A stretch of DNA of 64,000 nt from an uncultured Solirubrobacterales bacterium (lineage in GTDB: Bacteria; Actinomycetota; Thermoleophilia; Solirubrobacterales; 70-9), in NCBI GenBank assembly GCA_963805475.1, contig CAWDUO010000005.1, positions 60,545 through 124,544 on the forward strand. Direction: 5' to 3'. The notes under the pieces are model-generated. The model was not told the DNA's origin. It ran no database searches and saw only the letters and a program-made list of their open reading frames with translations. Position numbers and translations under genes: made by a program. Shown here in pieces: positions 44,510 to 53,579 of this stretch (within the stretch, counting starts at the first letter, position 1; every line of letters starts with the position of its first letter).

Positions 44510-45073
44510 CTACTTGTCGAAGCTGACCGCGACCGGCTCGCGCTCTGCTTTGTCCTCGATCTCGAAGTACTCGCGCGCCGTGAAGCCGCCCTGGTTGGCG
44601 ACGATCGAGCCGGGGAACTGCTGGATCGAGGTGTTGTAGGACTGCACGTTGGAGTTGTAGATCCGGCGCGAGGCCTGGATTTCGTCCTCCAGCTCCGAGA
44701 GGTTGCGGCTCAGCTGCTGGAAGTTTTCCGTCGCCCGCAGCTGGGGGTAGTTCTCGGCGACGGCGCGCAGGCCGGCGAGCGCGCCGGTAAGGCCCTGCTC
44801 GGCTTTGGAGGTGTCGGCGACGCCCTGCGCGGACATCGCGTCGGCGCGCGCCTGGGTCACCTTCTCGAAGGTCTCTTTCTCGTGCGTGGCGTAGCCCTTG
44901 ACCGTCTCGACCAGGTTGGGCACGAGGTCGTGGCGCCGTTTGAGCTGCACGTCGATCCCGCTCCACGACTCGTCGACCCGGTTGCGCGAGGCGATGATCG
45001 AGTTGCGCTTGGCGACGTAATAGAAGCCCGCGACGACGACGAGCGCGACGATCACGATGAGAACGACCACCAT
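44510..45073 (-). CDS. lemA: LemA family protein
   Basis: 187 aa. N-terminal TM helix, then YNSIIASRNRVDESWSGIDVQLKRRHDLVPNLVETVKGYATHEKETF. Confidence 0.88.
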   Translation of the reverse strand: MVVVLIVIVALVVVAGFYYVAKRNSIIASRNRVDESWSGIDVQLKRRHDLVPNLVETVKGYATHEKETFEKVTQARADAMSAQGVADTSKAEQGLTGALAGLRAVAENYPQLRATENFQQLSRNLSELEDEIQASRRIYNSNVQSYNTSIQQFPGSIVANQGGFTAREYFEIEDKAEREPVAVSFDK

Positions 45074-45103
45074 GCCCGCATCCTACCCCCATAGGATCGG
45101 GCC

Positions 45104-45775
45104 GTGGGCGCGAAGCGCGAAGCGGAGGAATGGGCCGAGGTCGTGCGGCGCTACGGGCAGCGGCACGAGCTGACGTATGAGCCGGTGGGCGGGATCAACC
45201 CGGTGGACGCGCCGGTGGCGCTCTGCGTCGGCGGCGCCAACCGGCTCACCGGGCAGCTGGTCGAAGGCTTCTGGGGCTCCTCGTGCGACGCCGACGAAGT
45301 CGAGGCCGGCGGCCTGTTCGGCAAGGCGACGCTGCCGACGGCGCTGCTCGCCAAGGCTCACATGCCGGACCTGGCGCAGGTGATCCCGGCCTTCAACGTC
45401 GAGTCGATCGAGGGGCACGAGGTGCTCACCAAGCGCTTCGCCCGCAAGGTCGAGTTCGAGTCGATCGAGTTCAACAGGCGCTTCCAGGCGACCGTGCCCA
45501 GCGAGTACGACCCGGTCAAGCTGCGCGAGCTGTTCAGCCCCGGCTTCCTCACCTGGACGACGACGATGACCGGTGAGGTCGACTTCGGCATAAACGACCG
45601 TCAGCTCTGGTTCCTCTGGCGCCTGCGCGAGCGCGGCGAGGGCGAGCTGAAGGAGGCGCTGAAGAACGCGGGTCAGCTGTTCAAACGCCTCCAGGCCGAG
45701 ATGGAAGAGAGCGGCCTGCACACCTACCAGCCCGGCCCGTGGCACGCCGGTCTGAAGCCCTTTCCTAAGGACTGA
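45104..45775 (+). CDS. Hypothetical protein, DUF3137-like (LemA-associated)
   Basis: 223 aa, divergent from lemA. VEFESIEFNRRFQATVPSEYDPVKLRELFSPGF resembles the DUF3137 core as I recall it. Confidence 0.5.
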   Translation: MGAKREAEEWAEVVRRYGQRHELTYEPVGGINPVDAPVALCVGGANRLTGQLVEGFWGSSCDADEVEAGGLFGKATLPTALLAKAHMPDLAQVIPAFNVESIEGHEVLTKRFARKVEFESIEFNRRFQATVPSEYDPVKLRELFSPGFLTWTTTMTGEVDFGINDRQLWFLWRLRERGEGELKEALKNAGQLFKRLQAEMEESGLHTYQPGPWHAGLKPFPKD

Positions 45776-45784
45776 GGTCTCCGG

Positions 45785-45865
45785 CGCGCGGGTCCTGTCG
45801 GAAGGGAAGGGGGTGTTAGCGGCCTCACCCGGCCGAACACCCCCTTCCCTTCCGCCACCCGCGCG
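45785..45865. repeat. 81-nt nested inverted repeat
   Basis: CGGAAGGGAAGGGGGTGTT (45799-45817) pairs with AACACCCCCTTCCCTTCCG (45836-45854). Outer pair CGCGCGGGT (45785-45793) / ACCCGCGCG (45857-45865). Inner pair CGGCC/GGCCG. Confidence 0.75.
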
Positions 45866-45880
45866 AGATACGTTTGGCAA

Positions 45881-46525
45881 GTGACGGAGAGACAGCGGGG
45901 CCCAGCCGAGGCTCCGAATCTGGGGGAGCCTGCGGTGCCGCGGCCTTCGGCGTCCGTGGTGCTGCTGAGGCGCGGGGGGAAGCACGGGGACCGGGCGCTG
46001 GAGGTGCTGCTGCTGAAGCGATCCGAGAAGGCGAAGTTCATGCCCGGGGTCTGGGTGTTTCCCGGAGGCGGAGTCGATCCGGATGACGGCGAAGGCGAGA
46101 CTGGGCGTCGAGCTTGCGCCGTTCGGGAGCTGGAGGAGGAGGCCGGCATCCAGCTTCCCAAGGGCGAGGAGCTTGTGCTCTTTTCACGCTGGATCACTCC
46201 CGAAGTCGTCTCGCGCCGCTTCGACGCCTGGTTCTTCCTCGCGCTGGCGCCAGCTCACACTCCGCCCGTGCCCGATGGCGTCGAGACGACCGAGGCTGGC
46301 TGGTTCGAGCCGAAGGCGGCGCTGAAGGCTCAACACGAAGGCGAGCTGCAGCTGGCCTTCCCAACGGTCCAGCAGCTGAAAGCTCTCTTGCCCTACAGCA
46401 CCGCCCCGGAAGCCATCGACGCCCACCGGGGCCGGACCGTCGACCCGATCCTTCCGAAAGTCATCGGCACCCCCGACCAGCACCGCGTGGTCCTTCCCGG
46501 CGACCCGGACTACCCGTCAACCTAG
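45881..46525 (+). CDS. NUDIX hydrolase
   Basis: GTG start. Nudix box GGGVDPDDGEGETGRRACAVRELEEEAGI. Confidence 0.85.
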   Translation: MTERQRGPAEAPNLGEPAVPRPSASVVLLRRGGKHGDRALEVLLLKRSEKAKFMPGVWVFPGGGVDPDDGEGETGRRACAVRELEEEAGIQLPKGEELVLFSRWITPEVVSRRFDAWFFLALAPAHTPPVPDGVETTEAGWFEPKAALKAQHEGELQLAFPTVQQLKALLPYSTAPEAIDAHRGRTVDPILPKVIGTPDQHRVVLPGDPDYPST

Positions 46526-46541
46526 ACCGTACCTCGCGCGC

Positions 46542-47849
46542 CTATGCGGCCTGGGCGAGTTCCGGATACGCGCCGGCGACTGCCGCCTGGATCGACTCGG
46601 CGACGATCGAGACGAGCTGGCGCAGCTCGTCCTCGGAGATCGATAGGGGGGGCATCAGGACGACGACGTCACCCAGCGGTCGGACTATGGCGCCGCGGCG
46701 GCGCGCCTCGAGGGTGACGCGGTGGCCGAGGCGCAGGGCCGGGTCGTGCTCGCCGAGGTCGATGCCGGTCATCGTGCCGCGGCGGCGCACCTCGGCGACC
46801 TCGGGCAGCGCCGCGACCGGCTCCAGCAGCTCGCCCAGCAGCTCGAGCTTCGGCCCGAGGCGCTCCAGCGTGCGCTCCTCCTCGAAGACCGCGAGGCTGG
46901 CGAGCGCCGCGGCGCAGGCGAGCGGGTTCCCCGTATACGTGTGGCCGTGAAAGAAGGTGCGTTGCTCCTCGGGCGCGCCGAGGAAGCCCTCGTAGATCCG
47001 CTCGGTCGCGAGCGTCGCCGCCAGCGGCAGGTAGCCGCCGGTGAGCCCCTTGGCGAGGCACATCAGGTCGGGCGCGACCTCCTCCCGCTCGCAGGCGAAC
47101 ATCGTGCCGGTGCGGCCGAAGCCGGTCGCCACCTCGTCGCAGATCAGGAGCACGCCGTAGCGGTCGCAAAGCTCGCGCGCCTCGCGCAGGTAGCCGGGCG
47201 GGTGGACGAGCATCCCGGCGGCGCCCTGGACGAGCGGCTCGACGATCAGCGCCGCGATCTCTTCCTCGTGGCAGGAGAGCACGCGCTCGAGGTCGGCCGC
47301 GTCGCCGGGCTCGACCGCGTGCGTGGGGAAGAGCAGCGGCCGGTAGGTCGAGTGGAAGAGGTCGATTCCGCCGACCGAGACCGAGCCGATCGTGTCGCCG
47401 TGGTAGGCCTCGCGCATGTGGGCGAACGAGGTGCGCCGCCGGTGCTGGCCGCCGCGCTGCTGCTGGAACTGGAAGGCCATCTTCAGTGCGATCTCGACCG
47501 CGGTCGCCCCGGCTTCGGAGTAGAAGACGCGGCTCAGGCCCGGCGGCGCGATCTCGACCAGCTTCGCCGCCAGCTCGGCGGCGGCCGGGTGGGAGAGGCC
47601 GAGCATGGTCGAGTGGGCGACCCGCTCCAGCTGCTCGCGCACGGCCGCGTCGATGCGCGGCTGGCGATGCCCGTGGACGTTGCACCACAGCGAGGAGACG
47701 CCGTCGATATAGCGGCGCCCCTCGGCGTCGATCAGCCACGTCCCCTCGGCCCGCTCGATCATCAGGGGCTCTTCCTCGACCCAGCCCCGCTGCTGGGTGA
47801 ACGGGTGCCAGAGATGGTCGCGATCGAGCTGAGCGTGGTCCACCGACAT
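46542..47849 (-). CDS. bioA: Adenosylmethionine-8-amino-7-oxononanoate aminotransferase
   Basis: 435 aa from [29 protein letters not shown], the [15 protein letters not shown] region and [15 protein letters not shown]. Confidence 0.9.
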   Translation of the reverse strand: MSVDHAQLDRDHLWHPFTQQRGWVEEEPLMIERAEGTWLIDAEGRRYIDGVSSLWCNVHGHRQPRIDAAVREQLERVAHSTMLGLSHPAAAELAAKLVEIAPPGLSRVFYSEAGATAVEIALKMAFQFQQQRGGQHRRRTSFAHMREAYHGDTIGSVSVGGIDLFHSTYRPLLFPTHAVEPGDAADLERVLSCHEEEIAALIVEPLVQGAAGMLVHPPGYLREARELCDRYGVLLICDEVATGFGRTGTMFACEREEVAPDLMCLAKGLTGGYLPLAATLATERIYEGFLGAPEEQRTFFHGHTYTGNPLACAAALASLAVFEEERTLERLGPKLELLGELLEPVAALPEVAEVRRRGTMTGIDLGEHDPALRLGHRVTLEARRRGAIVRPLGDVVVLMPPLSISEDELRQLVSIVAESIQAAVAGAYPELAQAA

Positions 47850-47975
47850 CGCCGCGCCCGAATCTAGTCCGCCCCCCGGCGGAACCTCGCCGCCCGATCG
47901 CCGCAGGTTGCGGTATCGCGCCCTCGCGGGGAGGTCCAAATAAAAGTCGGGCGGGGAGGGTGGCATTCTTCTCAC

Positions 47976-48320
47976 GTGGCCGACCGACAGCACTTGCCGA
48001 ATCCGCTGCGCCGCGAGGTCTTAGTAGAGGCCGGGCACCGTTGCGCTATCCCCACTTGCCGCGAGCATCCCGTGGAGGTCGCGCATATCGAGCCACGAAA
48101 GCCGGATGGCTCAAACGACGTATTCGACAACCTGATCGCTCTTTGTCCGACCTGCCATACGCGCTACGACAAAGGCGAGATGGACCGGCTCTCAATGCGG
48201 CAATACAAGGCGAGCCTCTCAGTCCTCAATGCCCGATACGGCGACGTTGAGAAAAAGATTCTGGAATATTTCGCCGATACCCCAGGAGCGAACGCCATTC
48301 AGCTTCCCGGGGGGTCATAA
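47976..48320 (+). CDS. HNH endonuclease (short, possibly C-terminally truncated)
   Basis: GHRCAIPTC...VAHIEP...[17 protein letters not shown]/zinc motif. Lies in visibly lower-G+C DNA. Confidence 0.75.
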   Translation: MADRQHLPNPLRREVLVEAGHRCAIPTCREHPVEVAHIEPRKPDGSNDVFDNLIALCPTCHTRYDKGEMDRLSMRQYKASLSVLNARYGDVEKKILEYFADTPGANAIQLPGGS

Positions 48321-48414
48321 GGGAACATGTGTGGCCAAGAGATCGACTAGCGAATAGAGATGCCCATCTTGCTCCACTTCGGCTCTATGTAATCCCGTTT
48401 AGAGTAGCCATGGC

Positions 48415-48885
48415 ATGACTGATTCCGGAGGTCCGTACGTGATGCTCGCCGCTCTCTGTGAGCAGGTGATCCAAGCGAATGATAGTCGCGTCAGCGTCAT
48501 CAATGTCGTTGAGCAGGTCACCGCTGGGAGGCAAGGGCCAGAAGTCCCTGATGAGATGCCGCCGTTCGACTTTCAGATCAAATCGATCATCGAGCTAGTT
48601 GGAGGGAAGGCAAAAGGGCGATTCGGCATCAAGATCCAACCAGAGGCCCCGAGCGGCGTCAAGCTCCAAGCTATTGAGCATACGGTCCGGTTTGGAGAAG
48701 GAAGTGGCGTCCGCCTAGTTGGCGACGTTCAGATCAAATTGGAGGAGGAGGGTCCCTACTGGATCGATGTAATCCTGGTCAGGGGCCGGGGCAAGAACCA
48801 AGCCGAGGAGCTGCTTACGAGGATGCCCCTGCGAGTTGTTTACCAACCAATGAAGACGACCATTGACCGCCCGACGGAAGATTGA
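48415..48885 (+). CDS. Hypothetical protein
   Basis: 156-aa ORF in the lower-G+C islet. No motif I can name. Codon usage differs from the flanking genes. Confidence 0.5.
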   Translation: MTDSGGPYVMLAALCEQVIQANDSRVSVINVVEQVTAGRQGPEVPDEMPPFDFQIKSIIELVGGKAKGRFGIKIQPEAPSGVKLQAIEHTVRFGEGSGVRLVGDVQIKLEEEGPYWIDVILVRGRGKNQAEELLTRMPLRVVYQPMKTTIDRPTED

Positions 48886-49156
48886 TCACCTGATCTTTAT
48901 CTGCTCCAGAGAGCGTGATCTGGGGACTAAGTCGTTTTAGTTCCTCCCGTAGCTCTGCCTCGGTCCAGTCTCCGTTCGTAAACTCTGCGATCCGCAAGGT
49001 GATCGCCGTTGCCAGTTCGTGGGCAGGCCCGTCCGATTGCGGGGAGAGGTCCCAGGTGGCAGGAACAAGCCAGGCCTCAAATTCCGCGAGCGATATATCA
49101 CCGCGGATATACCAGCCAAGTCTCATCTGGATTGTCTGATCGAGTGATTCAGTCAT
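48815..49156 (-). CDS. Hypothetical protein
   Basis: Start taken at MTESLDQ (ATG 49156), preceded by GAGAGGACGAGG. The 3' end overlaps the previous ORF by ~70 nt, so the end is uncertain. Confidence 0.4.
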   Translation of the reverse strand: MTESLDQTIQMRLGWYIRGDISLAEFEAWLVPATWDLSPQSDGPAHELATAITLRIAEFTNGDWTEAELREELKRLSPQITLSGADKDQVINLPSGGQWSSSLVGKQLAGASS

Positions 49157-49463
49157 GCCTCGTCCTCTCAAACGCGTTACGAAGGAAGAGTTGCGGCGCC
49201 TGTTCAACGCGGGAGCCTATTGGGATCGGGCACAGGAAGGAGAGTTCCTTGAAGACGTTGAGCGGGCGGAAGCGATCCGACCGGCTTTGCGAAGGAAGCT
49301 GCGAATGCCTCATGGGTCCGTCTCCCAAACTGTCGCATATCGGCTTCCCGGAGGCGAGAAAGTAGCCCTGGTGCACCAATACGTCCGTCCAGATGGCCGA
49401 GTTCGCGGGAAACCCGATCCCAAGTATCTAAAGATCGACGGCGTGATCCATGCAGCCCATTGA
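49155..49463 (+). CDS. Hypothetical protein
   Basis: 102-aa ORF. Its ATG shares the palindromic CATG with the divergent ORF start. No clear ribosome-binding site. Confidence 0.35.
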   Translation: MPRPLKRVTKEELRRLFNAGAYWDRAQEGEFLEDVERAEAIRPALRRKLRMPHGSVSQTVAYRLPGGEKVALVHQYVRPDGRVRGKPDPKYLKIDGVIHAAH

Positions 49464-49567
49464 AGCCACTCGCAGCCGCCGCTTCTGATAGCGGATAAGC
49501 GTGATGTGCGTCACACGCGCAAATATTTCGCTTGAGAAATAGTTGCGAGAGTGCAACCATTGCCGGG

Positions 49568-50098
49568 ATGCAAGCGAGCGAGATCGCGGCTATGGCCGAC
49601 AAAGCCGGGGTGAGCGCGGGGGCGCAGGACACGGCGGCTCGGCTGAGCGCTCTGATGCGCCACGTCTTCCTCTACGACCGCGGCAACCAGCTGCGGGTGA
49701 TTGAGGAGTGCGGGCTCTCGATGACGCAGTGCAAGGCGCTGCTCGAGCTGGGCGGGATCGGCGAGGGCACCGAGCCGCGGCAGGTGAGCGAGCTGGCCGA
49801 GACGTTCGGCGTCTCGGTCCCCTCGATGAGCCGGGCGGTCGACGCGCTGGTCGGCGAAGACCTGGCCACCCGGGTCGAGGATGCCGAGGACCGGCGGGTG
49901 CGCCGGGTCGCGATCACCGCGAAGGGCAAGGAGCTGGTGAACACGCTGCTCGTCGTCCGCCAGGCGGGGATCGAGTCCTTCGCCGAGAGTCTCAGCGCCG
50001 CCCAGCGGCGCAAGCTGGACGCGGCGCTCGACTCGCTGATGGACAGGGAGGACATCGCCGAGGCCTACGAGCACCTGAAGGGAGTTGGACCAGCTTGA
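49568..50098 (+). CDS. MarR-family transcriptional regulator
   Basis: Winged HTH (MTQCKALLELG...VSELAETFGVSVPSMSRAVDALVGEDLATRVEDAEDRRVRRVAITAKG). ATG 49568, with an alternative TTG at 49532. Confidence 0.8.
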   Translation: MQASEIAAMADKAGVSAGAQDTAARLSALMRHVFLYDRGNQLRVIEECGLSMTQCKALLELGGIGEGTEPRQVSELAETFGVSVPSMSRAVDALVGEDLATRVEDAEDRRVRRVAITAKGKELVNTLLVVRQAGIESFAESLSAAQRRKLDAALDSLMDREDIAEAYEHLKGVGPA

Positions 50099-51573
50099 CC
50101 CGTTACCGCCACCTGATCACCGACGAGAACCGCAAGTGGTGGACGCTCGGAGCGATGTGCTTCGCGCTGTTCATGATCATGCTCGACAACACGGTCGTGA
50201 ACGTCGCCCTGCCCTCGATCCAGCGCGACCTGAACGCGACGATCTCCGGCCTCGAGTGGACGGTCAACGGCTACACGCTCTCCTTCGCCGTGCTGCTGGC
50301 GACGGGCGGGCGGCTCGGCGACATCTTCGGCCGCCGCCGCATGTTCCTCGCCGGCGTGGTGATCTTCGCCCTCTCCTCGGCCACCGCCGGCTTCGCCCAG
50401 GGCCCGACCGACCTGGTGATCAGCCGCGTCGTGCAGGGCGTCGGCGCGGCGCTGATGATGCCGGGAACGCTCTCGATCATCACCGACGCCTTCCCCGCCC
50501 ACGAGCGCGGCAAGGCGATGGGCACCTGGGCGGGCGTCTCCGCCCTGGCGCTCGCCGTCGGCCCGGTGCTGGGCGGCTTCCTCACCGAGCACGTCAGCTG
50601 GCGGGCGATCTTCTACCTCAACATCCCGGTCGCGATCGGCGCCGTGACCGCGACGGTGTTCGCCGTGCGCGAGTCGCGCGACGAGAGCGTCGGCCGCGAG
50701 ATCGACTTCCTCGGCGTGGCGACGCTGACCGGCGCCCTGACCGCGCTGGTGCTGGCCCTGGTCGAGGGCAACAGCTGGGGCTGGGGCTCGCCGGCGATCG
50801 TCGGCCTGCTTGCCGGCGCCGTATTGCTCGCGTTCGCCTTCGTCGCGGTCGAGAACCGCGTCAAGGCGCCGATGGTCGAGTTCCGCTTCTTCAACGACCG
50901 GAACTTCCTCGGCGCGGTCGTGGTGGCGCTGATCATCACCTTCGCGATGATGGGCGTCTTCTTCTTCCTCGCCCTCTACATGCAGGACATCCTCCGCTAC
51001 TCGCCGCTGGAGGCGGGCGTGCGCTTCCTGCCGTCGACCCTGATGATCGTCGGCGTGGCGCCGGTTGCCGGCCGGCTCGCCGACCGCTTCGGCCCGCGCT
51101 GGCTGATCGTCGCCGGGCTGGCGATCCTCACGGCCTCGCTGTGGACCTTCACCCACATCGCGGTGAACTCGGGCTACATCGACCTGCTGCCCGGCTTCAT
51201 GCTGCTGGGCATCGGCATCGCGCTGACGATGTCGCCGATGACCAGCGCCGCGATGAACGCGGTCGCGGTGCAGAAAGCGGGGATCGCCTCCGGCGTGCTC
51301 TCGATGTTCCGCATGGTCGGCGGCAGCCTCGGCGTCGCCGTCACCGGCGCGATCTTCCAGGCTACGGTCGGCGGCGGCAGCTTCGAGACGGCGACGCCGC
51401 AGCAGTTCGTCGCCGGGCTGAGCGACGCGATGTGGGTCTCGGCCGCGGTCACCGCGCTCGGCGCCCTGATCGCCGCCGTGGCGATCAACGCCAGGCCGAA
51501 AGCGGTTTCCGCCGCGGTCGCCGAGGCGGAGGCCAGCCCGGGCGGCGAGGAGCTGGCCGGGGTGGCTGGGTAG
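50095..51573 (+). CDS. MFS transporter, EmrB/QacA (14-TMS drug:H+ antiporter) family
   Basis: TTG 50095 overlaps the marR stop (TTGA). LDNTVVNVALPSIQRDL and GGRLGDIFGRRRMFLAG motifs, with ~14 hydrophobic segments. Confidence 0.85.
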   Translation: MTRYRHLITDENRKWWTLGAMCFALFMIMLDNTVVNVALPSIQRDLNATISGLEWTVNGYTLSFAVLLATGGRLGDIFGRRRMFLAGVVIFALSSATAGFAQGPTDLVISRVVQGVGAALMMPGTLSIITDAFPAHERGKAMGTWAGVSALALAVGPVLGGFLTEHVSWRAIFYLNIPVAIGAVTATVFAVRESRDESVGREIDFLGVATLTGALTALVLALVEGNSWGWGSPAIVGLLAGAVLLAFAFVAVENRVKAPMVEFRFFNDRNFLGAVVVALIITFAMMGVFFFLALYMQDILRYSPLEAGVRFLPSTLMIVGVAPVAGRLADRFGPRWLIVAGLAILTASLWTFTHIAVNSGYIDLLPGFMLLGIGIALTMSPMTSAAMNAVAVQKAGIASGVLSMFRMVGGSLGVAVTGAIFQATVGGGSFETATPQQFVAGLSDAMWVSAAVTALGALIAAVAINARPKAVSAAVAEAEASPGGEELAGVAG

Positions 51574-51574
51574 C

Positions 51575-51685
51575 GGTGCGTCCGGGCAGGGGCTCCACTT
51601 AACTTTTTCGTGGGACGTTCGGCTGCCGTCCGAGATCGGATGCGCCGAAAAAGTACAAGACGTTCCGCCCCTACCCGGACGCACC
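51575..51685. repeat. 111-bp composite inverted-repeat element (MITE-like or large bidirectional terminator)
   Basis: GGTGCGTCCGGGCAGGGGC (51575-51593) versus GCCCCTACCCGGACGCACC (51667-51685), one mismatch. Inner pair ACTTTTTCG (51602-51610) / CGAAAAAGT (51646-51654). Innermost pair GGACG/CGTCC. Confidence 0.7.
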
Positions 51686-52330
51686 GCCGTCGAGCCGGGG
51701 CCAAGCTTCAAGGGCATTGAGATCGAGGAATTGCAGGGTCTCCACGTCTACTCCCCCGAGCGAGGCGATGGTTGCCCGGTTCGATTCTTCGATTGCGGAT
51801 GGTTTCTCCGGCCAGGGGGTGAGGACTACCTTCGCCACCTCGAGCCCGGCGGCGCGGGCGGCCTCGATCGTCAGCAGGGTGTGGTTGATCGTGCCGAGGC
51901 TGGGCGAGGCGGCGGCGACGAGCGGCAGGCCGAGGTCGACCGCGAAGTCGCGCACGAGGTAGCCAGGGGAGAGAGGGACGAGCAGCCCGCCGACTCCCTC
52001 GCAGACAAGGGCGTCGGCGCCGGCGGCCGCGGACCGCGCCGCCTCCAGGAGGCGCCCGCGCGAGATCTCCTCGCCCGCCAGCTCGGCGGCCAGGTGCGGC
52101 GACATCGGCGGCCCGTAGCGGTAGGGCGCGATCTGCTCGTCGCTCTGGCTCGAGCCCGCGGCGCGGCGCAGCAGCGCGTGGTCGGGCTCGCCCGCCTCGT
52201 CGAGCCCGGTGACCGCCGGCTTGCACACGGCGACGCGCTTGCCTTCGGCCGCCAGGGTGCGGGCGAGCGCCGCGGCGACGACCGTCTTGCCGACCTCGGT
52301 CCCCGTGCCCGTTACGAAGACGCCCTCCAC
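51671..52330 (-). CDS. bioD: Dethiobiotin synthetase
   Basis: FVTGTGTEVGKT P-loop, 219 aa. Upstream neighbours are bioF and bioB. Confidence 0.9.
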   Translation of the reverse strand: MEGVFVTGTGTEVGKTVVAAALARTLAAEGKRVAVCKPAVTGLDEAGEPDHALLRRAAGSSQSDEQIAPYRYGPPMSPHLAAELAGEEISRGRLLEAARSAAAGADALVCEGVGGLLVPLSPGYLVRDFAVDLGLPLVAAASPSLGTINHTLLTIEAARAAGLEVAKVVLTPWPEKPSAIEESNRATIASLGGVDVETLQFLDLNALEAWPRLDGGASG

Positions 52331-52336
52331 GCGCGC

Positions 52337-53518
52337 TCAGGCGGCGACCGGGGTTCGCACGAGGCCCAGTTCGCGCGCCGCCTCGCCCGCCCGCCGCGCC
52401 GCCTCGCGCAGCTCGGCCCCCTCGTGCGTCGCCATCGCGCTGAAGCGCAGGCGCGAGGAGCCCGGGGGGACGGTGGGGGGGCGGATGCCCTGGGCGAAGA
52501 CGCCGCGCTCGAGCAGCCGCTCGCAGAGCGCCATCGCCGGCTCGGCCTCGCCGACGGCGAGGGGCACGATCTGGCTCTCGCCGCCCCCCGCCTCGAGCCC
52601 CTCTGCGCGCAGCCCCTCGCGCAGCGCCGCTGCGTTGGCGCGCAGCCGCTCGACCCGCGCCGGCTCTGCTTCGAGCAGCTCCAGCGCCGCCCCCCCGGCG
52701 GCGAGCGAGGGCGGCGGCAGGGCGGTCGAGAAGACGAAGGAGCGCGCCGCGTTGAGCAGGTACTCGCGCAGCTCTGCGCTCGCGCAAGTGTAGGCGCCGT
52801 AGGAGCCGAGCGCCTTGCCGAGCGTGCCGACGAGGACGTCGACCTCGTCTCCCAGGCCCGCCGCGGCGACCGAGCCGCGGCCCCCCGGGCCGAGCGCCCC
52901 GGTCGCGTGCGCCTCGTCGACCATCAGCCGGCAGCGGTGCTCGCGCGCCAACCGCGCCAGCTCCGCCAGCGGCGCCGTGTCGCCGTCCATCGAGAAGACG
53001 CCGTCGGTGACGATCAGCGCCGCCCGCCCGCCCGCCTCGCGCAGCCCCCAGGCGAGGTGCTCGGCGTCGGCGTGCCGGTAGACGAAGGTCTCCGCCCGCG
53101 CCAGCCGGCAGCCGTCGACGATGCTGGCGTGGTTGAGCTCGTCGGAGAAGACGACGCCGCCGCGCCCGGCGAGCGCCGCGATCGTCCCCACGTTCGCCAG
53201 GTACCCAGAGCCGAACAGCAGCGCCGACTCGTAGCCCTTGAACGCCGCCAGCCGCTCCTCCAGCCGCCGGTGGGGGTCCATGTTGCCGGAGATCAGCCGC
53301 GAGGCGCCGGCCCCGGCGCCCCAGCGCAGCGCCGCCTCGGCCGCCGCCTCGCGCACCCGCGGGTGCGCCGCCAGCCCGAGGTAGTCGTTCGAGCAGAGCA
53401 GCAGCACCTCGCGCCCGTCCAGCGTCACCCGCGGCCCCTGCGCCCCTTCGACCAGCCGCAGCCGGCGGCGGAGCCCGCCTTTGCGCAGCTCCTCCAACCT
53501 GGCCTCGATATCCATCAT
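52337..53518 (-). CDS. bioF: 8-amino-7-oxononanoate synthase
   Basis: 393 aa. [21 protein letters not shown] and the PLP lysine in GTLGKALG. Confidence 0.9.
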   Translation of the reverse strand: MMDIEARLEELRKGGLRRRLRLVEGAQGPRVTLDGREVLLLCSNDYLGLAAHPRVREAAAEAALRWGAGAGASRLISGNMDPHRRLEERLAAFKGYESALLFGSGYLANVGTIAALAGRGGVVFSDELNHASIVDGCRLARAETFVYRHADAEHLAWGLREAGGRAALIVTDGVFSMDGDTAPLAELARLAREHRCRLMVDEAHATGALGPGGRGSVAAAGLGDEVDVLVGTLGKALGSYGAYTCASAELREYLLNAARSFVFSTALPPPSLAAGGAALELLEAEPARVERLRANAAALREGLRAEGLEAGGGESQIVPLAVGEAEPAMALCERLLERGVFAQGIRPPTVPPGSSRLRFSAMATHEGAELREAARRAGEAARELGLVRTPVAA

Positions 53519-53579
53519 GGCTACAAGGTGTTTCCGGCCGCCCCCGGACGCGGAAGCACGGGCGGGAGACTTCCGGTGG

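Noticed and set aside
47850-47975. A biotin-responsive operator (BirA/BioQ-type palindrome) upstream of bioA.
   Set aside because: No convincing inverted repeat is visible in this spacer, so I cannot support a regulatory call.
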